Origin: Curvularia clavata
Taxonomy: Eukaryota
Assembly: GCA_023920165.1 (NCBI GenBank)
Contig: CP089276.1
Span: 2,480,001-2,544,000, forward strand
Length of the DNA: 64,000 bases
Direction of reading: 5' to 3'
Part shown: piece by piece, positions 22,901-37,900 of the stretch
Numbering within the stretch: the stretch's first letter is position 1
Layout: every line of letters starts with the position of its first letter
Notes under the pieces: generated by a model
Seen by the model: the letters and a program-made list of their open reading frames with translations, nothing else
What the model was told of the DNA's origin: nothing
The model's database searches: none
Program-made: the position numbers and the translations under genes

Positions 22901-25900
22901 ATCTAGTATCTATCTAGAAGGGACCTTCGCTCTGCCCTAAATGAGACTTAGTTCTCTTATAGAATAGACTCAATTAGCTCTAGTAAATCGAGAGATATTA
23001 GCTCTAATATAGGCTCAACTACAAGTAAAGAGAAAGATTCCGCTTAGAGTTGGGCTACATAGGTCTTAGCAAGTTCAGAGTTAATTTAGTTATTAAGTCA
23101 GTATAGTCTTAGGAGGACCCGCGAATAGTTATTAATTTAGGCTATTTTTAGATTTTCTACATTTTGCTCTTATTAGGAGAGAATATTAGCACAAGCATTA
23201 TTCTTTCTAGGGGTATATTAGATGTAGAAATTAAAAGATGCCAATTCTTCTATCTATCGCACTTAGCGGGCATTTAGAACTTTAGTAGTTATAAAGTATT
23301 TAAAGGAATAGTAGTCTGAGTATATATTGACACGAGAGCGTATTAATAGTAGCTCTAGTCGCCACTTGCTAAACGCTATTATAATAGCAAATAGTTCTTT
23401 ATCATATATTTCCTAGTTTAGCTCAGACCTGGATAGGACCTTACTAAAGAATACTATAGGATACCAATTTCTATTTAGCTACTTTTAAGAAAGAACGCCT
23501 ACTATAACGCCATTAGACGCGTTAGTCTCCATCTTAGTATTATACTCTAGATAGTAGTAGTATAAAGTAGGAATTACTAGTAGTATAGATTTTAACTTTT
23601 TAAAGACTTAGTTGTACTCTAAATTTTATATAAATAGTTTTAAGAGGCTCTAGAGGGCGAGAAGAGATTTCGTAATTTATAAGTATTTAGGAACGAACTA
23701 CCTATAGAATCTAGTAAACCCTAGGAACGACTTCATACTAGTAATAGTAGTAGGTTAGACCTAATCTTGAAGAGCTTCTATCTTGTTAGGATCTACCTCT
23801 AGATTTTAGTTAGTTAAAATATACTCTAGGTATTTGGTCTGAGTAATATAGAATTTGCTTTTCTTAATATTAACTTGAAGACTAGCTTACCTAAGCCTTT
23901 CTAAAACCTATTGTACGTGGCGGAGGTAGTCTAGTTCTGATTTAGAGTAGATTAAAATGTCGTCTAGGTAGACTATATAGAAGCTGTCTAGATAATCAAT
24001 CAATATATTATTTATATAGCGTTGATATGTTGTAGGGCCGTTGTATAATTTAAAAGGCAGCACTTTAGACTTATAGATTCTGTATCTAGTGCGGAACGTA
24101 GTGTACTCCTCTAAGTCGGGGTGTATTCGGATCTTGTTAAATGCCGCACGTATGTCAAGCTTGGTGAAGATTTTCGTCTTATAGGTGCGGGCTAGAAGCT
24201 CGTCAATGCGTAGTATCGGATACGCATTCTTTCTAATAATTATATTAAGTTGGCGGTAATCTATATAGATGCGAATGTCTCTATTTAGCTTTTAAACACA
24301 AAGGACTAGGGAGGTGAAAGGGCAGTAGCTTAGGTTAATGTGTCCTTTTCTAAGGTTTTCTATTACGAACGTCTTAGTGGCTTCGAGTTCTTTAGTGCTC
24401 TGCTTGTATAGAGGACTGAATTAATTCGGAAGAAGTTCGGTTAGTATAATCTTATAATCGTATGGGCAATATTTAGGTAGTAGCTCTGCCGCTATCTTGC
24501 TAAAGACATCGCGGTACAAATGGTAAGCGGATGGAAGTCAGTCCTAAATAAGTTTGGCGTTTTTAGGATTGTCTAGCTTTATACGCTCTTCTAAGATGCG
24601 ATCAATCTTATAGATACTTGTTGTAAAGAACTCGTTTTCTTTACGCTTTATAGAATAATAGAAAGTATTTGCCGAAATGATAGCGATATGGGGTGAAGAT
24701 GTTGGTTGGATAGGGTCTGGAGTAGGGTTGGGAATAGGTGGTGGTAGACGAATTTTGGGAAGTTTGAGGTATTCTCTAATTCTTCGTATAAGAGCTTTGC
24801 GAGGACTGTTTTGCCTCTGGTAGTTGTCTTTTTTTTATAGTGCGTCTCGCCTCTATATGTCCCGTTCTATATTAGTATTGACGGAAGATTGTTTTAATTA
24901 TATAAGAATAGGGGGCGCAGGATTATATATTAGAGGGTACTTAGCTGGCCATATGATTTGGTTCCGGCTCGTATTAAGCCTAAGCTGGAAACGTCTTAAC
25001 TACTTGATTCTGATTATGTAGTTCTGTGTCTTTAGATCTATGATTATGAAGGGATAGTTGTAAATCTTTCTTCTATTAATTTGGATATGTAACTGAATAT
25101 ATTTGTCTATCCTAGTTTGGATTTGGTTCTAAAATCCTTTGACTGTGATCTTGAAAGGAAGTCTTTGGATGGGGATCTGAAGAGAGCTGGAAAGGGTATG
25201 AGCAATAGCAGAATTTAAGAATAAAAAATCTTGGGCTCTGGTGTTAACTAAGGAATGTAAGCTGACGCCAAAGCCTTTCGAACAAAGAACGGTGGGGACT
25301 AGGAAGTGTTTTTCTCTGAATAAGTGGGATAAATTAATTTTAGCTAGATTATACTTGTTTATGTCTAGGGTGGAGAGTTTTTCTAGGTCTGGTAGTTTTC
25401 TGTCTGGTCCTCTTCCGATAAGTATTCGTGTGCTTCTTCGAATTCTTCCTTCTCTGCTTTGATTTCTTAAACCCAAGGAATGGGGCACTTATTCGCATAA
25501 TATCTAGGTTTTCTATAGTTATAGTAATTACTAGTAGTCGGTTTGCTATCTGGTGCAGGGGTCTTTGAAGGGAACCTGGGGGTATTAGAATAAGCGCGAG
25601 ATTGGGTTGGAGCTAGTTCGGATTGGACTCTATAAGTGTTTGGGCGGTAGTTTTGGTATTGACTGACGCGGGGCTTCGTTAGTGGAGTATAAGAATTATT
25701 GGAAGTGGGTTCTAAACTGTGTCTAAAAGGAGTGTTCCTTCTTTCGGTATCGAAGGCAGTAAGGTGTTGTATTATCTTATTAAAGGAGTTGTTCTACTGG
25801 TGTTTAAATCCCAAGTTTGGAATACATAAGGCGGGGGTAATTTTTTCCTATAAGTAGAAAAACCACTCTGACTTTGATATAGATTCTTTGATAGCAGCAC

Positions 25901-27139
25901 TTATAAATTTTGTCTTAAATTTAGCGAAGGTTTCCTTTTTGTCTATGAGCAAGCGGTGGAAAGCAGCGCGGCTTTCCGCTTGCTTGTTGCTGGATACGAA
26001 GTATGATTTTAGAGTAGCTATTATATTTTTGGCGTTTTGGAACCGGTCCTCCACTGAATTGGCTAGGTACTGTGGTTCTAGGTATCTCTTGGCGATATCT
26101 GTAGTATGTCCTCAGACTAGAGCTATGCGTGCGCGTTTACTCTGATAATGGTCTGTATTGATTATTAAGCGGTCCTCTATTGACGCTTGCTATTGGCGGA
26201 ATATAGATTCTGTTCTATTACTAAGATTATTAATAGAAGGGGTACGTTCTATGAGTTTGATACGTAGTAGGTCTAGGGTTGCTGACTAGTACCTTCTGAA
26301 TTGAGTTTCGGTTGGTTTAGCGATAGTTGGTAGTAATTCGGTAGAGGGGAGAGGTTGATCTGGGGCTGCGGTGTTTTGGCGGGATAGCCGTATGATTTAT
26401 TCGTTTAGCCTGTTGATCTCTGCCTGAAAGAGGCTAGTCTTATTTTCTTCTAAATTCTCTTCCTCTTCGATAGCTGGCGGTTTGCTAGGCGTCTTCTCTC
26501 TTAACTTTGAATCTTAGAAGCGCGGCGACTTTCTAGAAAGCTCTCCTAAGCCAGATGGGGTTAAGTCAGCTATTGACGGTTGTCTTCGTGGCTGATGGGT
26601 TTTTAGTAGTCTCTAAGTCTCTACCCTAGCGTAATCTACGTGACTTCTCTGAAGTTAATCTAACTGCAATTAGTATAGGAGGTCTAAACCTAAAGGCTTC
26701 GGTTAGCGGGAGATTGAAAGGATCCCGCCTGTGTGTGAATGTGGGACGTAACAGTGTGAAGTATCCAGAGCGGTTCTAGAGGGACTTAGACTTAGGCGCG
26801 GTCTTAATAAATAAGCTGCGATATTATTTTAAAGGCCGTCACTAGCTGGGACGAGATTTTTGATATAATGTAACGGCGCGAGCAAGACTAGTCGAATCGG
26901 TTCTGGTGGGAAGTGTCACTTAAATGCATATGGAAGTGCGTGGGACAGCAGAAACACTTTGGATTTGGTAGACACTTATAGGCCTGGTATGAAAGGATAT
27001 TAAAAATCTACCGAACATCTATAGAAGGTACCTGGTACTTATACCTAGGTGCGGGTCTTCATCGGGTCTAACCCGGCTCTCAATCGGATCTTGATAAGCT
27101 GCCCTGGCTGGGGTATGTTTTGGTCTATGTATGGTTACA
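19944..27139 (-). mobile_element. Ty3/Gypsy LTR retrotransposon B, full length, RIP-inactivated
   Basis: 271-bp LTRs at 19944-20214 and 26869-27139. TSD GTAGT. Polypurine tract (reverse complement) at 20215-20230. gag ~25500-26500, protease-like ~25130-25330, RT IVYLDDILIYS ~23945-23980, then RNaseH, integrase and chromodomain (~21600-21720). Confidence 0.95.
20700..21367 (+). pseudogene. Antisense, intron-containing accessory gene of element B with Cys cluster and coiled coil
   Basis: TATA-like run at 20601. ATA(20700) PLRCPPSALPDAYRFIYLRAVRVLARR*FDITYAYPSNSSKKCLYYTQQKEKCDS, then an intron at 20868-20920 (ATAAAT...GCTAAC...TAG), then VSKYVFKEF...ISELVDIVNSIERRLSRLKA. Confidence 0.55.
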
Positions 27140-30100
27140 GTAGTCCCGTAACGAAGTCTATAGAGATATCTGTCTAGGGTGTGTCTGGCAGTTTTTATAC
27201 TTACATCTCTCCGTATAGTACGTAAGTGCTGTATTTATTTTTTTAATAGTGTTCGCATTTAGCGATAAAGGCTACGACCTTTTTTTTTATTTTACTAAAT
27301 TCGAAGTTCTTTTAAATTAGTTCTATTATTCTAGCGATTCTAGAATATCTATATATAGGGTCGTCGTAATATTGCTAAATAATTATTTCCTACTAGTTTT
27401 TAGATATGTCGTTTCTAATTATTATAAGTAGATTAAGCTCGTGTGCTAGACTTAATATTCTATCTTTATTTATCTAAAGTATTAGTTGGTCTATAATAGT
27501 TTTAGTTCCTATAATATCTAGTCTTCTGCTAAGAGCGTCTACTCTACTATTATCCTTTCCTAGTATATATACGATTTTGAACTTGTATTGCCTAAATAAT
27601 TCAGCCTATTGGGTTTGTTAACAGTTAAGAACCTTAGTAATAGTGAAGTAGGTCAAGTTCTTATAATCCGTATATATAGTAAGTTCTAAACAGCTATATG
27701 CGTAGACTCTCTAGTATTATATACAGGCTACTATAGCTAGTAGTTCTTTATCGTATACATTATATCGTTCTTCAGATCCTGAAAATTTTCTTAAGTAGTA
27801 CGCAATTAGATGCCATTTATCTTCGTGTAGTTAGTATACGCATCCTCCTAAAACTAGGTCTAATACGTCTATCTTAATTCGTAGTAGTTTGTTTAGTTCG
27901 AATATTCTAAGGTATAGTGCTTTTGTATATGCTTTCTTAAGTGTTTCAAATACGATTTCTCCTTTAGATCCTATATTAAAGTAGTCTGCTACTTATTTCT
28001 TTAATAGCTGTGTGAGTAGAGCTACAATTTTCGAGAAATCCTTAATAAATACTCTATTAAAGTTTATAAATCCTAGGAAGAATTATACTTCCTTAAGCGT
28101 GTCTAGTAATAGCCATTCTATAATAACTTTGATCTTTTCTTTACTTATCTATACTCTTTATTTTTCTATAGTATAGTCTAAGAAGTCGACCTAAGTCTTG
28201 TAGAATTTATACTTCTGAGATTTGAGTCTGAGGCTATACTTGTCTAGGGCGGTCAGCACCTTATAGACGTGTTTAGTATATTATTCCTTATTCTTAGAGT
28301 AGACTAAAATATCGTCTAGATATACAACAACAAATATATCTAGATAGGGCCTAAGTATATTATTAATAAGTTCCTAGAATATGGCTAGGGCGTTCGTAAG
28401 TCCAAACAGTATAACTATATATTTAAAATACCCATATCGTATTCTAAAAGCCATTTTCTATTCTTCGCCTTCTACAATTCTAATAAAGTAGTAGCCATCC
28501 TATAGATCTAGTGCTATAAAGATCTTTACTTATATTAGTCGATCTCTTAATTCCATAATATTTAGTAGCGGGTATTAGTTCTTAATAGTAATATTATTAA
28601 GCCTTTAGTAGTTAACGTATAGTCAATCTAATCTATCTTTCTTTAGTATGAATATAATTAGTACTCTGGCTAGTAATTTTAATTTTTATATATACTCTTT
28701 CTTTTAGATTTTATCTAAGTACTCTCGTAGTACTTTAAATTCTCGTTCTATTAGTTAATATATTAGACTAAAAGGTAAGTCCTTTCCTTCCTAGATTACG
28801 ATTCTGTAGTTCTAGAGTTAATACTTTAGTAACGCTTACTCATCTACTATTTCCTAAAATAAATATTCTAGATCTTTATATTATTTAGGGATTTCTAGAG
28901 TTACACTCTTCTTCTTTTCTCTAGCCTTGTAGTCCGTTAGTCTAGTTTTAGTACCTGCTAAGTTTGGCTTCCTGCTCTAGAAACTACTTTTTAAGTACGC
29001 TCGTTTCTCTATATTATTATACTATTTAGCAATATTACTTTTATCTACTATCGAACTCTACTAATACGTAGGCTGGCTTGCGGTTGCGCCTAGTCCGCAG
29101 TACTTAAATTTAAACACTTTCAACTTCTAGTCAATCTATAGATTATATTCTTATAGCTATAGAAGTCCTAAAATAATATTATAGATAGCTAGTCTAAGGA
29201 CGTCTAAATCTACTTTCTCCTTATACTCTTAGATACTAAGTATTACTTATCTAACCTCGTCTATAATTCTATTTTCTTTAGGTATTGGTTCGCCGCTAGC
29301 GATATATAGTAGGTATAGCTCTTATTTCTACTATACTTTAAGTCTAGCTTATTATATAGTATACGCTAAAATATAGTTTATCTAGAATTCTAAATCTACT
29401 AATATCTATATTTATATTCTATTAAGCTTTACTATAAGCTTAATTAATCTTAGAGAGTTTACTAAGTTAATTTCCTTAGAGAAGCCCTACCTTCGTAGCG
29501 CTAGCCTAAAAAAGTCTATAACTTCTTTATAAATCTATTATAGAGTTTCTCTACTTCGTATTTCTCGTATTTATCTAAAAAATAAGTGTGCTATAAGGGT
29601 TAGTTACATACTTATTATATATTGCCCTTACTTTAAATAATATAGATAGTTTATATATCTACCATTTCTCTTAGACTATCTCTTCTAGAGAAGTGTATTA
29701 CAGTGCGCTTATCCTATAGGTGTTTTACGCATTCTATATTAGTATACTCTAACTATAACTAGTTGTATTTGGGGTATCTGGGAATATTAGTTAGGTTCTA
29801 GTTAGATCTTTGCTTAGCTTACCAATATGCTAGGCAAAAGTCGTAGACGTAACCTATCTAGTAGGTCTACACATATTTATAGTTGTTTGCGTAGTACTAA
29901 TAAAGACTAAGTTAGTACTAATTATCGTGTATCTAGTCTGCTTATGTCTTTTTAGTCTATTAAGGTATCGTTGTAGAGTTCTCCTTCTAGGGTGTTTTCT
30001 TATTTTTAGGGAACTCCGTATTTTCTTATAGTTGTTAGATATTAGCTGTAATATATATATAGTCTAGTAGTTTCTAATTAGTTATAATAGAAAAGAAGTT

Positions 30101-31365
30101 GATATCTAATCTAAGATTCTATATATCTTTATATATATAAAGAAGTACGTTAGGCTTATTATAATTATACCCGTGAAGAGATTAATTTAAGAGTTGTTAT
30201 AGTACATTAGTCTGTAGTTTTATATATTTCAGGTTATTCCTTATATATGGGATTTCTGGTAAGACGCTATTGTAGCGCGGAGTAGCTAGTTAGTATTTCT
30301 TTTTAAACTCGGCCATCTTTTTATATTTAGTCTTGTACGTAGAACCTTCTTCTTTCTCGTTAGATATTTCGTACTCTTCGTTGCTACTTAGTTTAGCTTT
30401 AGTAGTGTCCTCAGACGTAGTAAGCGTGACATTCTCTAGTCCGCTAATAAGTCCCTTATCGTCTGGGTAATATTAGATCTTAGCTAGGGTAATAACGTTC
30501 TATCTCTTGTTATTATCTAATTCTGATTTCCTGCGTAGTATATTAAGTTATTATTTGACCTTATTAGTATCTTTGCTTCGACAGTCTCGTGCTATGTAGC
30601 CTTCCTTGCCACAGGCGTAGTAGTTAAACTTCTTCTTGCCTTTAGATAGTTTCTTATTAAACTTATAGTGCCTGTTACCTTTATTAATATTATTAAGATA
30701 TATTAGTTTAGCACTATATCTTTAGTAGACTTCTAGGGTCCTAGACGCGTAGTTTTGCTATCGACCTTTATTCAGATGTACACGTCAATAGCTGTACTTC
30801 TTAGATCATTCGTTCGTATATCTCTAGTTGCGCATTCTTTTGCTAAACAGTCGTTCTTCTAATAAAAGTTCGTAGAGTTCGTTATCTAGTCGAATAGATT
30901 CTTTAATAAGTTCTTCTAGTATACTAATGCTGGCTCTACTTCGCATGAGTTCCTTACGTACGGTAGGTTTAAGGCCTTACTTATACATTCGCATAAGAGC
31001 GTTATTATCCCATTCTATAACTATAGCGTACTGCTAGAATAGGGTGGTGTAGTTAGTAGCAAACTATATCTAGCGAAGTTCCTAGATCTTTTATTCTATA
31101 ATAACTAATTCTTTAAATAGTAAGAAGTTCTATCGCATCTTAGTTTTAAAGGTATTCTAATTCTTAACTAGGGCTGTATTATTAGTATTCTAGATAGAAT
31201 TATCTATATAGCGTTTAATAATAGGGTTAGCCTATTTCTTAGTATTACTATAAAGATATAAAGTGGCTATAATAACCTTATTAGTATTATCAATTTTATC
31301 CTCTTTAAGATAGAAGTATTAGTCGACCTAGAGGAGCCAAGCCTTAAGCTTCTTACATTCTCTAT

Positions 31366-31636
31366 TGTAACCATGCATAGACCAAAACATACCCCAGCCA
31401 GGGCAGCTTATCAAGATCCGATTGAGAGCCGGGTCAGACCCGATGAAGACCCGCACCCAGGTATAAGTACCAGATACCTTCCATAGATGTTCGGTAGATT
31501 TTTGATATCCTTTCGTACCAGGCCTATAAGTGTCTACCGAATCCAAAGTGTTTCTGCTGTCCCACGCACTTCCATATGCATTTGAGTGACACTTCCCACC
31601 GGAACCGATTCGACTAGTCTTGCTCGCGCCGTTACA
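31366..31636 (+). mobile_element. Solo LTR of family B inside A1 gag
   Basis: 271 bp, reverse complement of the B LTRs, TSD TCTAT at 31361-31365 and 31637-31641. Confidence 0.95.
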
Positions 31637-31991
31637 TCTATAGTATAAGTCGGGCTTATATCTATAGGTAGTAGATCCTCTAGTCTAGGAAGTGTTAGGA
31701 GTATTTATAGTAATATTACTTATTATAAGAGTATTTAAAGTATTAAAAGTATAATCTTAAGTAGAAGTAATATAAGACTTCTAGTATTAAGACCTTCTTT
31801 AGATTAATTTTTGTAGATAAAGTAATAGTATATTATAAATAAAAGTTCTATAGTAATTATTATATTATAGATACTATACTTATAACTTAAGTTAAACATA
31901 TCGAGCTATAAAGGCCTAATGCCTATTTCTATATACTTGTAGTGCTTACAACCCTCGGTCAGAGAAATCTAAGTAACCCTCAGTAGCTTAT

Positions 31992-34900
31992 TGTTACGAA
32001 CCTAGGAGGAAGAGGCACGGCGGTTAAGTTAAGAAGCATCAACGACCAGTCGACCTAGCTATATGTAACGCGGGGGCACGCATTATATAATCTCCTCAGT
32101 AGCGCATATCCGAGGAAGGGTCTTGGCAGGCTCCTCGTATATAAGCTATAGAAGAATACTCCTTATACATAAGCCACCAAAGGTTACTCGGACTCTTCTA
32201 ACTAAGGGTCGCGAGCACTATAAGTATATAGAAATAGATATTAAGCCCTTATAGCTTAATATATTCAACTTAAGTTATAAGTATAATATCTATAATATAA
32301 TAGTTACTACAGAATCTTTATTTATAATATACTATTATTTTATCTACGAAAACTAATCTAAGAAGGTCTTAATACTAGAAGTCTTATATTACTTCTACTT
32401 AAAATTATACTCTTAATACTTTAAATACTCTTATAATAAGCAACATTACTATAAACACTCCTAACGCTTCTTAGACTAGAGGATCTACTACTTATAGATA
32501 TAAGCCTAACTTATACTATAAAGAATGTAAAAAGCTTAAAATCTAGCTTCTCTAGGTCGACTAATACTTCTATCTTAAAGGAGATAAGATCGATAATACT
32601 AATAAGATTATCGTGGCTACTTTATACCTTCGCGGTGATGCTGAGAAGTAGGCTAACCCTATTATTGAACGCTATATAGATAACTTCATCTAGGATGCTA
32701 ATAATATAGCCCTAGTCGAGGACTAGGACGTCTTTAAAACCAAAATATAATAAAACTTCTTACTATTTAAAGAATTAGTTATTGCGGAATAGAAGATCTA
32801 GGAATTTTGCTAGACGCAGTCCGCTACTAACTATACTACACTATTTTAGTAGTACGCTATAGTTATAGAATAGAATAATAATACCCTTATACGTATATAT
32901 AAGCAAGGTCTTAAACCTACTATACACAGGGAACTCATATAAAGTGGAGCCAGTATTAGTATACTGAAAGAACTTATCGAAGAATCTATTCGACTAGATA
33001 ACAAACTCTACGAACTCTTATTAGAAGAACGACTATTTAGTAAAGGAACGCGCAGCTAGAGATACACAAATAAACGACCTAAGAAGCACAACTATCGACG
33101 TGCTTACCTAAACGAAGGTCGACAGCGAAACTACACGCCTAGGACCCTAGGAGCCTATTATAGATACAGTATAGAACTAATATATCTTAATAATATTAAT
33201 AAAGGCAACGGGCCTAGCAAGTTTAATAAAGAACTATTTAAGAGTAAGAAGAAGTTTAACTACTACGCCTATGGTAAGGAAGGCCATATAGTACGAGACT
33301 GTCGAAACAAAGATACTAATAAGGTTAAGTAATAACTTAACATACTACGCAGGAAATTAGAGCTAGATAATAATAAAAGATAGAACGTTATTACTCTAGC
33401 TAAGATCTAATATTATCTAGACGATAAAGGACTTATTAGCAGACTAGAGAATGTTACGCTTACTACATCTAAGGACACTACTAAAGCTGAACTAAGTAGC
33501 GACGAAGGGTATAAAATATCTAGTAAGAAAGAAGAAACTCCTACGCATAAAACTAAATATAAGAAGATGGCTAAATTTAAAAAGAAACACCAACTAGCTA
33601 CTCCGCGCTATAATAGCGCCTTACTAGAAATTCTATATATAAGAGATAACCCGAAATATATAGAACTACAGACTAATATACTACAATAACTCTTAAGTTA
33701 ACCCTTTTACGGGTATAATTATAATAAGCCTAATATACTTCTTTATATATATAAAGATATATAGAATTTTAGATTAGATATTAACTTCTTTTCTATTATA
33801 ACTAATTAGAAACTACTAGACTACACGTATATTATAGCTAATATCTAATAACTACGAGAAAATATAGAGTTCCCTAAAAATAAGAAGACACCCTAGAAGG
33901 AGAACTCTACAACGACATCTCAATAGGCTAAGAAGGCACAAGCAGACTAGATACGCGACAATTAGTACTAACTTAGTCTCTACTAGTACCATACAAACAA
34001 CTATAAGCACGCGTAGACCTACTAGACAAATTGCGTCCACAACTTTTGCCCAGCATATTAGCAAGCTAAGCAGGGATCTAACTAGAACCTAACCAATATT
34101 CCAGAATACCCCAAATACAATAGGTTATAGTTAGAGTATACTAATGTAGAATACGCAAAGCACCTATAGGATAAACGCACCGTGATATACTTCCTAGGAA
34201 GAGATAGTCTAAGAGAAGTAGTGGATATGTAAACTACCTATATTATTTAAAGCAAGGGCAATATATAATAAGTATATAATTAACCCTTATGGCATATTTG
34301 TCTCTTAAATGAATGCGAGAAATATAAAATAGAGAAACTCTATAATAAATTTATAAAGAAGTTATAGACTTTTTTAGGCTAGTACTATAAAAGCAGGGCC
34401 CCTCTAGGGAAATCAATTTAGTAAACTCTCTAGAATTAATTAAACTTATAGTAAAGCTTAATAGAATACAGATATAGGTATTAGTGGACTTAGAATTATA
34501 GATAAACTACGTTTTAATATATATAGTATAATAAGCTAGACTTAAAGTATAGTAGAAATAAAAGCTATACCCACTATATATCGCTAGCGGCGAACTAATA
34601 TCTAAAGGAAACAGAATCACAGACGAGGTCAGATAAGTAATACTTAGCATTTAAGAGTATAAAGAGGAAATAGACTTAGACGTCTTTGGACTAGCTATCT
34701 ACAATATTATTTTAGAACTCTTATAGCTACAAGAACACAACCCGTAGATCGACTAGAAGTTAAAAGTATTCAAATTCAAATGCTACAGACTAGGCGCAAC
34801 CGCAAGCCAGCCTACGTATTAGCAGAGTTCGATAGTAGATAAGAGTAATATTACCAAACAGTACAATAACACAGAGAAACGAGCGTACTCAAAAGATAGT

Positions 34901-37900
34901 TTCTAGAGTAGAAAGCCAAACTTAGCAGATACTAAAACTAGGCTAATAGACTACAAAGCTAGAGAAAAGGAGAAAAGCGCAACTCTAGAAATCCCTAAAC
35001 AATATAGAAAATTCGAGTATCTATTTTAGAAAGTAGTAGACAAATAAACATTACTAAAGCATTAACCCTAGAACTATAAAATAGTCCTATAGGAAAGAAA
35101 GCAACCAACTTTCAGCCTAATTTACTAACTATCAGAATAAGAACTTACAGTACTACAAGAGTATATAGACAAGTCACTAGCGAAAGGCTATATATAACTA
35201 TTAAAATCCCTAGCGGGATACCCTATTATATTTATACTAAAGAAGGACGGCACAGATCGACTATACATTGACTACAGATAACTTAACAACATCACGGTCA
35301 AGAATCGATACCCACTACTAAACATCAGAGAATTTAGAGATCGACTATTTCGAGCAGAAATCTTTACAGTATTAGATCTACGAGACAGATACTATCTTAT
35401 TAGAATTAAGAAAGGTGAAAAATAGAAAACGGCTTTCCAAATACAATACGGACACTACAAATACATAGTTATGCCGTTTAGGCTAATAAACACTCTAACC
35501 ACATTTCAAGAACTTATTAATAACGTATTTAGACCCTATCTAGATATATTCATTATCGCCTATCTAGATAATATCCTAATCTACTCTAAAAATAAAAAAT
35601 AATATACTAAGTATATCAGAAAGGTGCTAAAAGCCCTAGACAAGTACAGTCTTCAACTCAAGCTAAAGAAGTGTGAGTTTCACAAGACCAAAGTCAACTT
35701 CTTAGGCTACGTAGTAGGGACCAACAGAGTACAAATAAGCGAAGAAAAAATTAAAATCATTAAAAATTAGCCAACACTAAAGTCAGTCACAGATATTCAG
35801 TTATTCTTAGAATTTACAAATTTTAACTAAGAATTTATTAAAAATTACTTAAAAATCGTAACACTAATAACACGGCTTACAAGAAAAGATACCCTATAGA
35901 ATTAGAATAAAAAAGTAGATAACGCCTTCAAAACAATCAAAAAAACATATACTATACCACTATACTTTAGAATATTTATTCCAGAAGTACCACTAAAATT
36001 TAAAACCAACACATCGGACCTAGCCCTAGGAGGATGCGCTAGCATCTACATCAATAGCAAATAGTATCTAATAGTATACTACTTAAGGAAGCTCTTAGGA
36101 CCAGAAGAATAATACGACGTACACAACAAAGAACTACTAGCTATAGTAGCCTGCATATAACACTAGAGAGTCTACGCACATAGCTACTCAGAACTTACTA
36201 TATACACAGATTATAAGAACTTAACCCACTTCACCACTACTAAGATTCTTAACTAATAATAGACCCAATAGGCTGAATTGCTCGGACAATATAAGTTCAA
36301 AATCATATATATACTAGGAAAAGATAATAATAGAGCAGACGCTCTTAGCAAAAGACTAGATATTGTAGAAATAAAAACTATTATAGACTAACTAATACTC
36401 TAGACTAATAAAGATAGAATACTAAGTCTAGTATATAAACTTAACCTACTTATAATAATTAGAAACAATATATTTAAAAACTAGTAGGAAGTAATTATTT
36501 AGTAATATTATGATAACCCTATATACAGATATTCTAGGATTGCCAGAATAATAGAACTAATTCAAAGAAACTTTAAATTTAGCAAAATAAAAGAAAAGGT
36601 CGTAGCCTTTATCGCTAAATGCGAATACTATTAGAAGAATAAGTACAGCACACACGCACTATACGGAGAAATGCAAGCACTAGAACTGCCAAACACCCCT
36701 TAGGCAGACATCTCCATAGACTTCGTCATAGAATTACCACCATCAACAGACCCTGTCACTGGTACAATCTATAACGCGATACTAGTTATTATTGACAGAT
36801 TTACAAAATACGCAGAATTTAGGAAATTTAGGAAAGACTATAATGTAGTTAAACTAGTATATATCTTTCTAGACGTTATTATTAGATGATATAGAATACT
36901 AAAATTAATTATTAGCGATAGAGATAAGCTCTTTATATCTAACTTCTAGACTATACTCTAAGTAGAAATAGGTACTAAGCGAAAGCTATCTATAGTATAC
37001 CACCCCGAAACCGATGGATAAATGGAAAGGATAAACTATATAATGAAAATATACCTATAAATATACGCTAACTATTAGTAAAATAACTAGGTATAATTAC
37101 TATCTATGGTACAACTAGCATACAACAACAAATTATTAGAATTAATAAAATAAATACTATTTTACGCAAACTATAGAAGACACCCGAATCTCTTTACTAG
37201 AACGTTACTAAATTTAAAAATAAAAGTAGCTATCGCTACGGCTGAAGAAATGAAGAAAATACACGAAGAACTATAAGAATTACTTAAAAAGGCTTAACGC
37301 TAAAGCATCTTATATGTTAATTAGAAAAGAAAAATAGCATTTTAGCTAAAAAAGGGGGATAAAGTATATCTGCTTACGAAGAACCTTCGTATAATACAAT
37401 TAAGTAAGGGATTAGATAATATCTATATTAGGCTATTTTTAATTAAAGCCTAGAATAGACTAGTTACCTATATACTCGATCTACTACTAGATATAAAGAT
37501 ATATCTAAAATTTTATATTAAGCTACTAAAACCCGCAGACCCTAAAACGCTATTATAAAAAACATTCTATTTCGAACTAGAAGAAGAAGACGAATTCGAA
37601 GTCGAGAAAATTCTAGTATACTAAACTATGCGTAATAAAACTGAGTATTTAGTTAAATAGTTAGAATACGATAATAGCGAAAATATATAGAAACTAGAGG
37701 ATAATTTTAGTAATTATTAAAAGATACTACGAAACTATAAAAAAGAACTTACTATTAGGAAGAAAAAATAGAAGTATTGCTAGGATTTGAGGACGACGCT
37801 AGGGCGTCTAGGGAATCTAAAGTACTCTATATAATAGGTGAGAACCCTACTAACGTATTAGCTGTGGGGCAGTTCAGGGACTCTTGCGCGTCTACGTTAT

